DNA of 32,000 bases. Source: Synechococcus sp. A15-28. Lineage in GTDB: Bacteria > Cyanobacteriota > Cyanobacteriia > PCC-6307 > Cyanobiaceae. The notes beneath the pieces are model-generated. The model searched no databases. It was not told the DNA's origin and saw nothing but the letters and a program-made list of their open reading frames with translations. Location of the stretch: assembly GCF_014280175.1 (NCBI RefSeq), contig NZ_CP047931.1, positions 300,001 through 332,000 of the forward strand. The letters run 5' to 3'. The position numbers and the translations under genes were made by a program. Positions 1-10,171 of this stretch are shown piece by piece. How positions within the stretch are numbered: the first letter of the stretch is position 1; the number at the start of each line of letters is the position of its first letter.

Positions 1-351
1 CTCCTCCAGATCCAGCTCCCCTTCTGCGGCGCGACAGATGCGCTCGCCGGTGTAGCGCATGGATTGCACATCGAAGCTGACCCCAACCCGGTGCGTGCGG
101 GCCTGCTGCATCACCGAATGGGGAAACCAGCCCACATTCAGCACGATCTGGGCGTGCTCCATCGGTCCGTAATGACCGCGTTCGCCCGACAGAAGGCGTT
201 TGACGCAGATCTCACCAGCCCGTTGTTCATCCGGCCAGTTGTCACGATCAGCCGCGACGAAACCCTCGCTGTAGTCCTGATGCATGGCCGCATACACGCA
301 GAGCTGAGGGTTGGGTGTGGCAGCGATCAGATCAACCCGGAAGCGATCCAT
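1..351 (-). CDS. thyX: Flavin-dependent thymidylate synthase ThyX, N-terminal part (gene runs off the window start)
   Basis: Minus-strand translation MDRFRVDLIAATPNPQLCVYAAMHQDYSEGF...MQQARTHRVGVSFDVQSMRYTGER; the RTHR..SFDVQSMRYTGER segment matches the ThyX signature region. Start codon could lie slightly upstream. Confidence 0.85.
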   Translation of the reverse strand, partial: MDRFRVDLIAATPNPQLCVYAAMHQDYSEGFVAADRDNWPDEQRAGEICVKRLLSGERGHYGPMEHAQIVLNVGWFPHSVMQQARTHRVGVSFDVQSMRYTGERICRAAEGELDLEE

Positions 352-428
352 GGCGATGACGACGGGGCGGTGAGGTGATCATGCCGCTGATCGCAGCAGG
401 CTGCCCGCGTGAATCCGTCGCGCCGTGA

Positions 429-983
429 TCAACCGTGGCTGCGGGGCCCCGCCGTCAGAGAGGCCTGCAGAGGCGATTCGTCGTCTCGTTCACTCACACG
501 GCCCAGCCCTTGCAGCGACGGCAGGGGGGACCCTTGGATCAGCGCATTGGCGAGGAGGGAAAGTTCCTCCTCCCGCCTTAGACCGATCGAGCGGCCGACC
601 GCATCACCGTTGGCGTCAAACAGATTGAGTTGGGGGATGCCGTTGACGTCGTAGCGATCCACCAGATCCTGCCAGCGGGGATTGTCAACGTTCACCATCA
701 CCACATCCAGCTGTTGTTGGGTGCTTCGTTCCAGCTTCAGCATGGCGGGGGCCATTTCACGGCAGACCTGACACCAGTCGGCGTAGAACTCCACCATCGT
801 TGGGCGCCCATTGCTGAGGGCAACCTCCGGCTCGAGGGATTGCCTGGCCAGCTGTTCCAGCGGGGAAGCGCTCTGAAGTCCACCCCGCATCGTGCTGAGA
901 ACCACCGCCAGGACGATGGCAGCCACCACGAGCACGATCCGTTCAACAGGTCCCAGCAAGGGTTGTGGAGAACTGCCTGTCAT
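429..983 (-). CDS. txlA: Membrane-anchored thioredoxin-like protein (TxlA/HCF164-like)
   Basis: N-terminal TM segment followed by MVEFYADWCQVCREMAP (WCxxC active site) and thioredoxin fold motifs GIPQLNLFD. Confidence 0.8.
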   Translation of the reverse strand: MTGSSPQPLLGPVERIVLVVAAIVLAVVLSTMRGGLQSASPLEQLARQSLEPEVALSNGRPTMVEFYADWCQVCREMAPAMLKLERSTQQQLDVVMVNVDNPRWQDLVDRYDVNGIPQLNLFDANGDAVGRSIGLRREEELSLLANALIQGSPLPSLQGLGRVSERDDESPLQASLTAGPRSHG

Positions 984-1047
984 GGGCTTGTCAGGGTGTC
1001 AGTCCACTCTGGCAGTCGTCTTTCTGACCCGTGATTAGCGTGACTTC

Positions 1048-1548
1048 ATGGGTCGGTTTGGGCTGCTGAATCTGCCGCTGCGGGCGCCGATGATCGGTGT
1101 TCTGTTCGGCGTTGCTGTGGTGATGGGCCATCAGTGGTCCATGGCCCAGCAGCAGGTCGTTCAGTCGCGCACCGTCCCTCTGGAATTGCTGTTCGCAGCA
1201 GAAGCGATTCAGGTGCTGGTGGTTCTGGTGATCTGCACGATGCCGGAGTTGCTCATGCAGAGGATTTCCCTGGTGATGGCGTCCAGTCGGGTGATGACGC
1301 TGCTGGTCACGTTGTTGCTGGTGATCGTTCTTGGGATTTACTCGCTGCGGCTGAATTTTCTCTCCGATCTGCTGATCCTGGCGTCTGCGCTGTTGTTGGC
1401 GCGGCTTGACCTGGTTCGTCTCGGGGTTCTGACGGCCCCCCGGGGCTCACTCCTGTTGCTGGGGTTTGTTCTCTACGCCGGTATTGGACTCGGTCACTGC
1501 CTGCCGCATCCCCTGGACGGGGTCGCAAACGGGCCACTCACCGCCTGA
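1048..1548 (+). CDS. Conserved cyanobacterial multi-TM membrane protein, function unknown
   Basis: Hydrophobic ORF of 166 aa with several TM segments, convergent with and overlapping the transglycosylase ORF by ~100 bp. Confidence 0.6.
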   Translation: MGRFGLLNLPLRAPMIGVLFGVAVVMGHQWSMAQQQVVQSRTVPLELLFAAEAIQVLVVLVICTMPELLMQRISLVMASSRVMTLLVTLLLVIVLGIYSLRLNFLSDLLILASALLLARLDLVRLGVLTAPRGSLLLLGFVLYAGIGLGHCLPHPLDGVANGPLTA

Positions 1549-3588
1549 GTAACTCAGGACGTTGTCGAGAACTTTTTTGGTGTAGTAACGCGTTTCGGCG
1601 TATGGAATGCGCTCCACCCAGAGCTCGATGGTCGGATCGCTCTTTGGCGAAGGCCAGGAGCTGACGGCGCCTGGCCCAGCGTTGTAACTGGCAATGCTGA
1701 GGAAGGCATTCCCTTCCCAGAGCTGAAGCAGCGATTTCAGGTACGCCGCTCCCAGCAGGATGTTGGTGGATGGGTTCGTCAGGTCTTGCTCCTGCAACGC
1801 TTCATCTGCGACGGAGGCGGCCGTGGAGGGCATCAGCTGCATCACGCCGACGGCGCCAGCCGTGGACCGCACGCCCGGTGAAAAGCGCGATTCCTGTTTG
1901 GCGATGGCCAGCAGCAAGGTTGGATCCACGCGGTGCCGTGATGATGCGGATTCGATGGCTTCTGGGAAGAAGACAGGGTTCTGACTCCGATGCAGCAACA
2001 GGCGCTGCTGGCAGCTCGTTGGCACCCAGCGCACGCTCAGTCGCTGGAGCTGATCCAGCCCGTTCCAGGGGTCATCCACGCTGAGCCGCAATCGTCCTTC
2101 CACCAGTTGCTCCTCCGCTGACTGCGGAGTCCGGGGATCACGCAGCGACAACCAGGCATCCCAGGCCTGTTGGGCAAGCCCCAATCTCCAGAGGGTGTTC
2201 ACCTCTGGATAGCGACTGTTGAGGGGAGCCCACGTCGTGACGGGCAGGGTTGTCGAGGGTCGGTCCAGACGCAGGGGCTTGGTGTCACCCAGACGCATGT
2301 CTGCCCGCCAGCGGTAGTAGCCCGGGGGGTGGGTGTCGACGAGCTGATGCCAATGGCGTCTGGCGGCCTTGTTGTTTCCTGTGCGTTCTTCGCTCAAGCC
2401 CAGCCAGAACAGCTGACGTGCCTCCAGCGGGGGAGGCAGGGTGCCTGGTGGCAGAGCCGTCAACAGGTCTCGAGCCCGCTCCCAGCGCTCGTTCAGCAGT
2501 GCCGCCCGAGCTTCGTCCCACTGCAGTTGCCAGCTATCGCGGTCGTCAGGCCAGCGTTGGAGCACCTCAAGCGTGCCCATCCCACCGTTGAGTCGAACCC
2601 GGGCTGCAGCGACAGCCGCAGAGCGCTTCGCCACGGATGGAGGGATGGCCTCCACCAACGCCGGGTCTGGGAACAGGGGTTCCATCAGCAGGCGAACCGC
2701 CTCATCAGCGGCGGAGGTTTCCGGATGCTGCTGAATCAGATCCAGCAGCATCTGCTCTCCCTGGGTGTGCTGCTCCGCAGCACCTCGGATCAGGGCACGT
2801 CCCACGGCAAGTCCCGTCTCCGCGTCAGCGGCTCCCCCTTGGAGACAGTCCAGGGCGGATGATCCGGCCCCAAGCATGGCCAGGGCCCAGGCAAGGTTCT
2901 GGCGTTCTGATCGGCTCGGCTCTTCTGCGCTGCAGGCCGCTCGCAGCCGGTCCATCGCGCCCGGCCAGCGCCAACCCCACCGAGCCAGGTGCTGGGCTCC
3001 CTGATGGCTGCGTTCCGGGGTTGGCGCCATGGCCACTGCGGTGGCGAGGGCTGCGGGGTGGGACGGAAACCGTTCCAGCAGTTCCGGATGCAGGTCGGGC
3101 TGGTACTGCCGGGCCCTTGCACTCACCGTTTCATCCCGGAAGCGCTTCAGCAGCTGTTGCCAGAGCCGGTCGGCGGCGGCTTGATCGCCACGGTTCTGCT
3201 GACTCTCAGCGGCCAGGGCCAGTGCCACTGCGGCCAGAGGGTCATTCCCCCAACCTTGACCCGCCAGGGTCTGCCCCTTGGTGCTCATCAATAGAGCCGC
3301 TTCGCGTCGGCGCAGCGGATCGATGGACCATCGATAGGTTCGCCACAACTCCACCACTGGTGTCCTGGGATTCAGCGCCGATCGACGTTCCAGCAGCAGC
3401 TGCTGGCCTGCCACCACGGCCGTCAGGCTCAGTCCGGCCGTGGTGAGCAGCAGAAGAACGAGGCTCCGGGGTCCTGCGGGCACGCTGTCGCCGGAACTGG
3501 TCACATTCTGCGGCCCGTTGAGGGCGGCAGGCCACCTGTCACCTGGGATGCGGAGGGTTCGGGCCGCGGTTTGTAGTCTTCGATTCAC
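1447..3588 (-). CDS. Soluble lytic murein transglycosylase (Slt70-like)
   Basis: C-terminal SLT motifs: AIAKQESRFSPGVRSTAGAVGVMQLMPSTA, NILLGAAYLKSLL, SIASYNAGPGAVSSW, IPYAETRYYTKKVLDNVLSY. Confidence 0.9.
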   Translation of the reverse strand: MNRRLQTAARTLRIPGDRWPAALNGPQNVTSSGDSVPAGPRSLVLLLLTTAGLSLTAVVAGQQLLLERRSALNPRTPVVELWRTYRWSIDPLRRREAALLMSTKGQTLAGQGWGNDPLAAVALALAAESQQNRGDQAAADRLWQQLLKRFRDETVSARARQYQPDLHPELLERFPSHPAALATAVAMAPTPERSHQGAQHLARWGWRWPGAMDRLRAACSAEEPSRSERQNLAWALAMLGAGSSALDCLQGGAADAETGLAVGRALIRGAAEQHTQGEQMLLDLIQQHPETSAADEAVRLLMEPLFPDPALVEAIPPSVAKRSAAVAAARVRLNGGMGTLEVLQRWPDDRDSWQLQWDEARAALLNERWERARDLLTALPPGTLPPPLEARQLFWLGLSEERTGNNKAARRHWHQLVDTHPPGYYRWRADMRLGDTKPLRLDRPSTTLPVTTWAPLNSRYPEVNTLWRLGLAQQAWDAWLSLRDPRTPQSAEEQLVEGRLRLSVDDPWNGLDQLQRLSVRWVPTSCQQRLLLHRSQNPVFFPEAIESASSRHRVDPTLLLAIAKQESRFSPGVRSTAGAVGVMQLMPSTAASVADEALQEQDLTNPSTNILLGAAYLKSLLQLWEGNAFLSIASYNAGPGAVSSWPSPKSDPTIELWVERIPYAETRYYTKKVLDNVLSYSGGEWPVCDPVQGMRQAVTESNTGVENKPQQQE

Positions 3589-3590
3589 GA

Positions 3591-4988
3591 ATGAGACCCA
3601 TGGTTCAAAGCGCCGTCCCGTCGATCGGGCCCTCGCTCGGGTCTTCAGCGCCAGGCTTCGGCACCGACGGCATTCGGGGCCGTGCAGGTTCGGAGCTGTC
3701 GCCGGCTCTTTGCTTACAGGTCGGGTACTGGATCGGTCGCGTGCTCAAGGCAGACGGCCCCGTACTGATCGGGATGGATTCCCGCAGCAGCGGCAGCATG
3801 CTGGTGGCGGCGTTGACGGCGGGACTGACGGCGGCGGGGCGGGATGTCTGGGACCTTGGGCTCTGTGCCACACCAGCGGTTCCCCTGTTGACCCGTGAGG
3901 TGGGTGCGGCAGGTGGCCTGATGGTGTCGGCGAGCCATAACCCTCCCGCCGACAACGGCATCAAGGTGTTCGGCGCCGATGGCACGAAGCTGAGCTCTGA
4001 GCGTCAGGCGAGGGTGGAAGCCGGTCTGCGGGGGGACGTCGAGGACGAAGGCCCAAGCCGCTGCGGTCGCTCGGTTCAGCGGCAGGATCTGTTGACGACC
4101 TATCAGGACAAGCTGCTGCGTTCGGTGGGGGGGCGGCGGCTGAACGGCGTCCCGATCGTGCTGGATCTCTGCTGGGGATCGGCCACAGCCTGCGCAGCTG
4201 AGGTGTTTCAGTCCCTCGGCGCTGACCTGACCGTGCTGCATGGCCAGCCGGATGGGGAACGGATCAATGTGGCCTGTGGGTCAACCCAACTGGACCCTCT
4301 TCGCCAGGCGGTGGTGGCCCAGGGGGCTGTCATGGGCTTCGCCTTCGACGGCGACGCGGACCGGATGCTGGCGGTGGATGCCCAGGGTCGGGTGGTGGAT
4401 GGCGATCACGTGCTTTATCTCTGGGGATCGGTACTCCAGGACCAAAAGGCCTTGCCGGGCGATCGTCTGGTCGCCACCGTGATGTCCAACCTCGGATTTG
4501 AAAGGGCCTGGGAGCGTCGCGGCGGTGTGCTGGAGCGCACGCCCGTTGGCGACCAGCATGTCCATGCCGCGATGGTGTCCAGTGGCGCCGCCCTGGGTGG
4601 TGAGCAGTCCGGTCACATCCTCGCTGCCTCCCATGGGCTCTGCGGGGATGGGGTGCTGACGGCGCTGCAACTGGCGACGCTGTGTCATGCCCAGGACATC
4701 GCCTTGAGCGACTGGCTGGATCGCAGTTTCCAGCCTTACCCCCAGAAGCTGGTGAATGTGACGGTTCAGGACCGCGCCCGCCGCAAGGGATGGTCCAGCT
4801 GCATGCCGCTTCAAGAGGGGGTGCTCCAGGCGGAAGCGAGCATGGGGGACGCCGGGCGGGTGTTGGTGCGCGCCAGTGGCACCGAGCCGGTGCTGCGGGT
4901 GATGGTGGAAGCGGAGGAGCAGTCGTTGGTGGACCGCTGGACCCAGCACCTGGCGGCCTTGGCCGATGAGCACCTCAACGCGGCCTGA
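3591..4988 (+). CDS. glmM: Phosphoglucosamine mutase
   Basis: FGTDGIRGRAG; active-site loop MVSASHNPPADNGIKVFG; metal-binding FAFDGDADRMLAVD; GEQSGHI. Confidence 0.95.
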   Translation: MRPMVQSAVPSIGPSLGSSAPGFGTDGIRGRAGSELSPALCLQVGYWIGRVLKADGPVLIGMDSRSSGSMLVAALTAGLTAAGRDVWDLGLCATPAVPLLTREVGAAGGLMVSASHNPPADNGIKVFGADGTKLSSERQARVEAGLRGDVEDEGPSRCGRSVQRQDLLTTYQDKLLRSVGGRRLNGVPIVLDLCWGSATACAAEVFQSLGADLTVLHGQPDGERINVACGSTQLDPLRQAVVAQGAVMGFAFDGDADRMLAVDAQGRVVDGDHVLYLWGSVLQDQKALPGDRLVATVMSNLGFERAWERRGGVLERTPVGDQHVHAAMVSSGAALGGEQSGHILAASHGLCGDGVLTALQLATLCHAQDIALSDWLDRSFQPYPQKLVNVTVQDRARRKGWSSCMPLQEGVLQAEASMGDAGRVLVRASGTEPVLRVMVEAEEQSLVDRWTQHLAALADEHLNAA

Positions 4989-5913
4989 GCACCAGCTCTC
5001 GGGCCATGGTGAGTGCGCCCCAGCAGGCATCCGACGCAGAGGGTGCCCAGCGTGCACCGGGGATCTCAGCGACGATTCCCTCCTCAACCGCCCGTTGAAC
5101 ACTGCCCTGGTGCAGCAGCACGCTGCCGAGCCCCGTTACCGCCGGCTGCTGCAGGGCGAGTTCCCGAGCCACCGTGGCGGAGCAGCACACCAGAGCTGCA
5201 GCCGAATGCTGGACGATCATCTGTGCTGCCGGAAGGCCGGCGTCAGCGGCTTCCACCAGCAGCGGCGCCAGGGCGGCCAGGTCTGCGGCAGCGCGAGACG
5301 GGTGCACCACCCAGGCTTTGACATCGGCATGGCTGCGGCAATCCAGTTGCTCCCACATCCGCTGGCGCAGGGGGTGGTCCGGCAGCCTCCCATCCGCCAT
5401 TTGCAGGGTCAGTTGCAAACCCTGATGACCCAGATCAAAGGCTGAACCAGCGCCATCGAGCATCCAGCCCCACCCGCCGCAGCGGTGTTCCCGCCCATGG
5501 CGGTCCCGGCCGATGCAGATCATGCCGGTGCCGCTGATCAGAATGATTCCGTCACCATCGGGAAACGCTCCCCGCAGAGCGGTGCGTTCGTCGCCGGTGG
5601 CCAGGGTTTGGCTCCGGGGGAGAGACAAGGCGTCCGCCAGTAACGCTGTGGCTCTCGGCTGCAGGGGAGTGCCCTGCTCAATGCCGCTGGCACCGATCAC
5701 GGCAGCATCCAGCCTCAGGTCCGCCTGCCCTTCAAGGGCAGTCTTCAGGCTGATGAGCACGGCCTGGCGGAACCGTTCGTCACCGCCGGCGGCATCGAGG
5801 TGAGAAACGCCAGGCCCCAGTCCTTCCCCAAGGGTCTGCCAATGATCCCCCCCCCAGCGGCAGACCCGGCAGCGGGTCTTGGTCTGGCCGGCATCGAATC
5901 CTGCGAGCTGCAT
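4975..5913 (-). CDS. BadF/BadG/BcrA/BcrD-type ATPase (N-acetylglucosamine kinase-like)
   Basis: LAGFDAGQTKTRCRV (ASKHA phosphate-1 motif), ILISGTGMICIGRD and GGWGWMLDGAGSAFDLG. Start MQLAGFDAG chosen at 5913; the longer 437-aa ORF overlaps ictB. Confidence 0.8.
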   Translation of the reverse strand: MQLAGFDAGQTKTRCRVCRWGGDHWQTLGEGLGPGVSHLDAAGGDERFRQAVLISLKTALEGQADLRLDAAVIGASGIEQGTPLQPRATALLADALSLPRSQTLATGDERTALRGAFPDGDGIILISGTGMICIGRDRHGREHRCGGWGWMLDGAGSAFDLGHQGLQLTLQMADGRLPDHPLRQRMWEQLDCRSHADVKAWVVHPSRAAADLAALAPLLVEAADAGLPAAQMIVQHSAAALVCCSATVARELALQQPAVTGLGSVLLHQGSVQRAVEEGIVAEIPGARWAPSASDACWGALTMARELVLRPR

Positions 5914-7208
5914 CACTTTCGCAGCCAGCTGACGCTGAGGCTGGCAAGAGCAAACCAGCCGATCAGCTGCACCTCCGGTCGGAAGAAGATCGTGTCGGTG
6001 ATGCCCTGGGTGAGCAGTCCGGCAATGGCGGCGAGGCTGCCGATGGCGATCAACCCCTGCGGCCCGTGGATGCGGAGTCCGCGCTGGATGCTGCTCAGCA
6101 GCAGTCCCAGGCAGGCCAGCAGCCCTGGAATACCAGTCTCCACCAGGATTTCTAGCGGCACGGAGTAAGCGCTGAGGGCATTGAACTTCGGCTGCTGATA
6201 AAGTGGGTAGATGCTGTTGAAGGCGGTGTTGCCGGGCCCGATCCCCAGCCAGGGACGGTCTTGAACCATGTCGAGCGCCGCCAGCCACACATTGATGCGG
6301 AAGTTGTTGGAGCTGTCACCGCGACCGGCCAGCAGGCTCATTGCCCGGGTGCGGATCGGTTCCAGCTGAGTGATCGCCAATGCCAGAACGATGCCTCCAA
6401 CCACCAGGGCGCCAAGGGGCAGCAGGCGTCGCCACAGGGGAGGCCAGTGGGCTGTGCCGCGGAGCAGCAGCAGCAGTCCCGCCAGGGCCAAGGCCACCAG
6501 GAGACCCAGCCAGCCGCCGCGGCTGTAGGTGAACAGCGTGGCGGCCCCCGCCAGCAGGGCTGTCGCCGCAGCGACCAGCCGGTAACTCAGCCGCCTCCAG
6601 CGCAACGCGGCAATGCACGCCAACGGCACCAGGGGCAGGAGGTAGCCCGCCAGGAGATTGGGATTCCCCAGCGGCCCGTAAATGCGAATCGTGCCGGCAC
6701 TCACGGAGTTGGGATCGGCCCAGCCGGCGAGCTCTTCGGTGGAGGCATACAGCTGCCGCAGCGCCAGGACACTGCTCAAAAGACCCCCTCCCAACAGGGC
6801 GGCCAGCAGTCGGTCCCACCAGATGATCTGCCGTTCCAGCAGCGTGCGCATCAGGGCGAACACCCCCAGGTAACTGGCCAGCTTCAGCAGGCCCTTGGTG
6901 GCCGCGATCGGCACAGGCGAGAACCCTGTGCTGACCAAAGCGATGGCGAGGTAAAGCAGCACCCAGCGGCTGATGGCTCCGATCCCTTCAGCGGGGGTGA
7001 TCAGTGACCAGAGCAGCCAAAGCAGGCCGGCGGCGGCGATTTCCAGCCCCAGGCCACTGCGGGTCACGAAGGGCAGGCTGGCCAGCAGCAGCGTCAGCAC
7101 CACCCCCGAGAGCCGCTCCAACCGCTGCTGCACGGCCGCCGTCGCCGTCAGGCATCCCCGCCAGCGCAGGAGCAGTGAGCTGGACGGGTGATCAGTGGCA
7201 TCGGCCAT
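5913..7208 (-). CDS. ictB: IctB-family membrane protein (O-antigen ligase/Wzy-like; historically putative bicarbonate transporter)
   Basis: 431-aa multi-TM protein with GPLGNPNLLAGYLLPLVPLA, RGGWLGLLVAL, NTAFNSIYPLYQQ motifs. Confidence 0.8.
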   Translation of the reverse strand: MADATDHPSSSLLLRWRGCLTATAAVQQRLERLSGVVLTLLLASLPFVTRSGLGLEIAAAGLLWLLWSLITPAEGIGAISRWVLLYLAIALVSTGFSPVPIAATKGLLKLASYLGVFALMRTLLERQIIWWDRLLAALLGGGLLSSVLALRQLYASTEELAGWADPNSVSAGTIRIYGPLGNPNLLAGYLLPLVPLACIAALRWRRLSYRLVAAATALLAGAATLFTYSRGGWLGLLVALALAGLLLLLRGTAHWPPLWRRLLPLGALVVGGIVLALAITQLEPIRTRAMSLLAGRGDSSNNFRINVWLAALDMVQDRPWLGIGPGNTAFNSIYPLYQQPKFNALSAYSVPLEILVETGIPGLLACLGLLLSSIQRGLRIHGPQGLIAIGSLAAIAGLLTQGITDTIFFRPEVQLIGWFALASLSVSWLRK

Positions 7209-7210
7209 CG

Positions 7211-7921
7211 CTAGGCGTCAGTGAAGACCGTCTCAGCGGGATTATCGAGCTCCTGCCAGCGGTTTTCCAGTGCCTCCGCATCGGGGAGTGGATGTGCGTT
7301 GCGCTGGTAGAGCACCCGATACACGGGAAGATTTTTATCGAGGACGTACTGCTCCCGTTCCGTGGGGACGGCCAGGGGGTTGTCATCCCGCCAGGGTCTC
7401 GCATCCGATTCAGGACGGTTGAAACAACCGCTCAGTTCCGTGAGGGCCACCATCGGTTCGATCACCGCCAGCACATCGCTCTGCAGAAACAGCTCTCGCC
7501 CGGGCTGAAGGGCCGCCGCGATGGCCAGCAGCAGAGCGGGCTGCAGAACACGCCGCTTGCGATGCCGGCGTTTGAACCACGGGTCGGGAAATTGCACGGA
7601 AACCCGCTGCAACCTGTCGTCCGGCAGCGCGGCAAGCCAACTTTCCAGGCTGATGTTGGCATTGCAGAACAGCACACGCACATTGCCGTTGCCACTGGCG
7701 ACGGCATCGCGGTCGGCGGAGGTCACCAGGGGGCGTCGAATCTCCACGCCCAGATGGTTCCAGGCCGGGTTCAGTTCAGCGAGTCCCAGGATGCAGCGTC
7801 CACGGGCACAACCGATATCGAGATGAATCGGTTGGTCGGGGTGGACGAACAGCTCTGCGGGAGACGGCAGCTGCAGCGGCAGCTGGAAGAAGCGGCTGAG
7901 GGGATTGACGTGCTGGCGCAA
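7211..7921 (-). CDS. trmB: tRNA (guanine-N7-)-methyltransferase
   Basis: [58 protein letters not shown]. Confidence 0.92.
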   Translation of the reverse strand: MRQHVNPLSRFFQLPLQLPSPAELFVHPDQPIHLDIGCARGRCILGLAELNPAWNHLGVEIRRPLVTSADRDAVASGNGNVRVLFCNANISLESWLAALPDDRLQRVSVQFPDPWFKRRHRKRRVLQPALLLAIAAALQPGRELFLQSDVLAVIEPMVALTELSGCFNRPESDARPWRDDNPLAVPTEREQYVLDKNLPVYRVLYQRNAHPLPDAEALENRWQELDNPAETVFTDA

Positions 7922-7924
7922 CGC

Positions 7925-9196
7925 TCAATCGGCATTGGAGGGAGGATCCTGCCTCAGCAGCCCCCAGCAGGCGGTGTAGCCGTGAAGATGCGTGGATCCG
8001 GCGACCGGGCCGATTTCACCATTGCAGAAGGCACCGGCCATCGGCAGGTTCGGCATCACCGATCTGGCCAGGGTCACATCGCCATCCGGCTGGCCGAACA
8101 ATCCCTGGCCACGCCCCAGGCAGGCCATCAGCAGACCGAACACGGGAGCGGATTCTGTGCCCTCGATCGATGAGCGCAGCAGGTGGAGCGCTTCATGGCG
8201 GGAGGCGTCAGCTTCCCGCAGCTGGAACTGAACATTCATCCCGGGACGCACCCGGTCGGCAACGGCCACGGCACCGTTGTTGGGATCCACCCCGATCAGA
8301 TTGCGCACCAGGAAGGCGCCACCATCACCTTCAAGACTGTTGGGGGTGAGCTGCAGGTTTCGGCGTTCGATGCCGAGAAAGAGGGAATGACGGACTTGCT
8401 CCCGTTCCACCTCGGTCAGGTCCGCCAGGATCCGCTGCAGGCAGGCCACCGGGGTGTCGCGACGTTCCCCGTCACTCAGTTCAAGCACCACGTTGCGCTG
8501 AACCTGCTCGATTGAAAACACCGGCCCGATCGGACGGCATCCTTGAGCCACCACGCTGTCCAGGCGCCAATCGCCGCCGATGGAGCAGATCACCGCGCCG
8601 GTCACCACGCGGTCATCGAACAGCAGTGAGCCGTGGGGTGCATTGTGCGTGCAGGCAATTCCGCCGATTTTCTCAGCGGCTGGAAAGGCATAGTCCATGC
8701 CGCTGATCAGATCGTTGATGTTGCTGCTGGTGGGATCGATGAGCAGGATCTGGCTGCGGCACTGGTCTGGATTGAGGCCACTCCAGTCCTGCCATCGCTG
8801 AGCAGAACCGTCGAGATCCGGCAGCTTCGCCGTAGAGAGAGCCACGGTTTCGATGTCGGCACCGGGCAGATTCAGCAGGGTCACGCTGAGGGACGGCGCC
8901 TGCTCGATTTCGGCGGCACTGCCATCGGCGCGGGTACCAACAACACCTCCTCCGGCGGCTCCAAGCCAGTGCCTGGACCTCAACTCCCGGCGCAGGAGCG
9001 GCAACAGTCGGGGCAGGTCGCTGGCGTACCCCGTCGAGGCGAACACCAAGGCCAGATCCGCTTCCCCCCGTCGACCCAGCTGGCTGACGACGTCGCGAAC
9101 CGCTTCCTCCATCGAGGGACGAGTGGAGAGGGCCGACCGACAACTGGGCGATGAGGTCGCAGAGCGAATCCAGTCGAGGGGAGAGAAAGGGGCCAT
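7925..9196 (-). CDS. FIST N/C domain sensory protein
   Basis: DLALVFASTGYASDL..., GGVVGTRADGSAAEIEQAPSLSV, SIGGDWRLDSVVAQGCRPIGP, GEIGPVAGSTHLHGYTACWGLLR. Confidence 0.8.
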   Translation of the reverse strand: MAPFSPLDWIRSATSSPSCRSALSTRPSMEEAVRDVVSQLGRRGEADLALVFASTGYASDLPRLLPLLRRELRSRHWLGAAGGGVVGTRADGSAAEIEQAPSLSVTLLNLPGADIETVALSTAKLPDLDGSAQRWQDWSGLNPDQCRSQILLIDPTSSNINDLISGMDYAFPAAEKIGGIACTHNAPHGSLLFDDRVVTGAVICSIGGDWRLDSVVAQGCRPIGPVFSIEQVQRNVVLELSDGERRDTPVACLQRILADLTEVEREQVRHSLFLGIERRNLQLTPNSLEGDGGAFLVRNLIGVDPNNGAVAVADRVRPGMNVQFQLREADASRHEALHLLRSSIEGTESAPVFGLLMACLGRGQGLFGQPDGDVTLARSVMPNLPMAGAFCNGEIGPVAGSTHLHGYTACWGLLRQDPPSNAD

Positions 9197-9242
9197 GAAT
9201 CGGACCTTATCAATCCCGGCAGCACTGTGCGGGACATCGATA

Positions 9243-9878
9243 ATGGCGCCACTTCAGGTTGCCGTTGTGAACGAGCTTTCCTATCGGGTGCTGGTATGGC
9301 TCACCTATCGGCTGGCGGCCACGGTGGCTCTGGGACTGCCGTTGGTGCTGCTGGTCTGGTCGGCCTGGCGGCGTGAGCCTGTGGTGCAGCGCCTGCTTGG
9401 TCTGTACTGGAAAGTGGCCAGCCTGATGGTGATCAGCCTGCTGTTGCTCACCGACGAGCGTCCCTTGGGCTACCTCACCGCTGTCCTGGCGCCCGTTCTG
9501 ATGGTGGTGAGTGTCTGGTTCTGGGTGGATCTCAACGAGGAACTGGCGGACCAGCCCACCTGGCGTGCGTTGCCGCTGACCGTACGTCTCTGGCGCTGGG
9601 CCCTCAGCGGATTTGGTGTGATCAGCCTGGTGATGACCACCACGGGGCTGCGCTGCATGGAGTCCCAGGCCAGCCCCGATTGTTCCGCCTGGCTTGAGGC
9701 CCCACAGGGCATTCATCAGGTGGTGGAAACCGTGTTTGATTTCGTCTTCGGAGGTCAGTGGAGCGAGGCTGTTGCCGCTTTCGTGGGCTACGTGGCTTTG
9801 GTGGCTTATCTCGCCGGACTGCTCCAGTGGCTGCTGGTGCGTCTGCCCCGCTACGGCCGTGTCGCTGGTGAGTTCTGA
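9243..9878 (+). CDS. Conserved cyanobacterial membrane protein (DUF3177-like)
   Basis: In-frame start MAPLQVAVVNELSYRVLVWLTYRLAA inside the longer ORF; several TM segments. Confidence 0.65.
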   Translation: MAPLQVAVVNELSYRVLVWLTYRLAATVALGLPLVLLVWSAWRREPVVQRLLGLYWKVASLMVISLLLLTDERPLGYLTAVLAPVLMVVSVWFWVDLNEELADQPTWRALPLTVRLWRWALSGFGVISLVMTTTGLRCMESQASPDCSAWLEAPQGIHQVVETVFDFVFGGQWSEAVAAFVGYVALVAYLAGLLQWLLVRLPRYGRVAGEF

Positions 9879-10171
9879 TGTCCGATGTTGAACTGGTTCA
9901 GCAGCTTGAGGAGCGCAGCCGCCAGGAGCCCGAACGGGTTGTTCGGCTCATGGGCACGGTTGAAGGAGAGCCATTTGAACTGCTGATTTTTCGCGGCTTC
10001 AGCAGCAGCACCACCCATCCCACTGCCTTCGATCCGGACGCGTCGGTGCTGCCAGCGGGAACGCAGCTCGAGCAGGCGGAAGTGCTCCAGGGTCCGCTCA
10101 ACCCCACTGAGAGTGTGTTGCTGATCGGACCGATGCCACCCGACGACCTGCTGGCTCAGGCCAACTGGTGA
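9878..10171 (+). CDS. Conserved hypothetical protein (97 aa)
   Basis: ATG overlaps the preceding stop (TGATG arrangement); compact acidic protein [36 protein letters not shown]. Confidence 0.65.
   Translation: MSDVELVQQLEERSRQEPERVVRLMGTVEGEPFELLIFRGFSSSTTHPTAFDPDASVLPAGTQLEQAEVLQGPLNPTESVLLIGPMPPDDLLAQANW

Noticed and set aside
64-378. Plus-strand ORF of 104 aa
   Set aside because: Antisense shadow of thyX; the minus strand gives the unmistakable ThyX signature.
4281-5102. Long antisense ORFs over glmM, ileS, ictB, trmB and others (e.g. 273 aa and 349 aa)
   Set aside because: GC-rich codon usage opens shadow frames; each overlaps a gene with clear conserved motifs, and the shadows show no recognisable domain.
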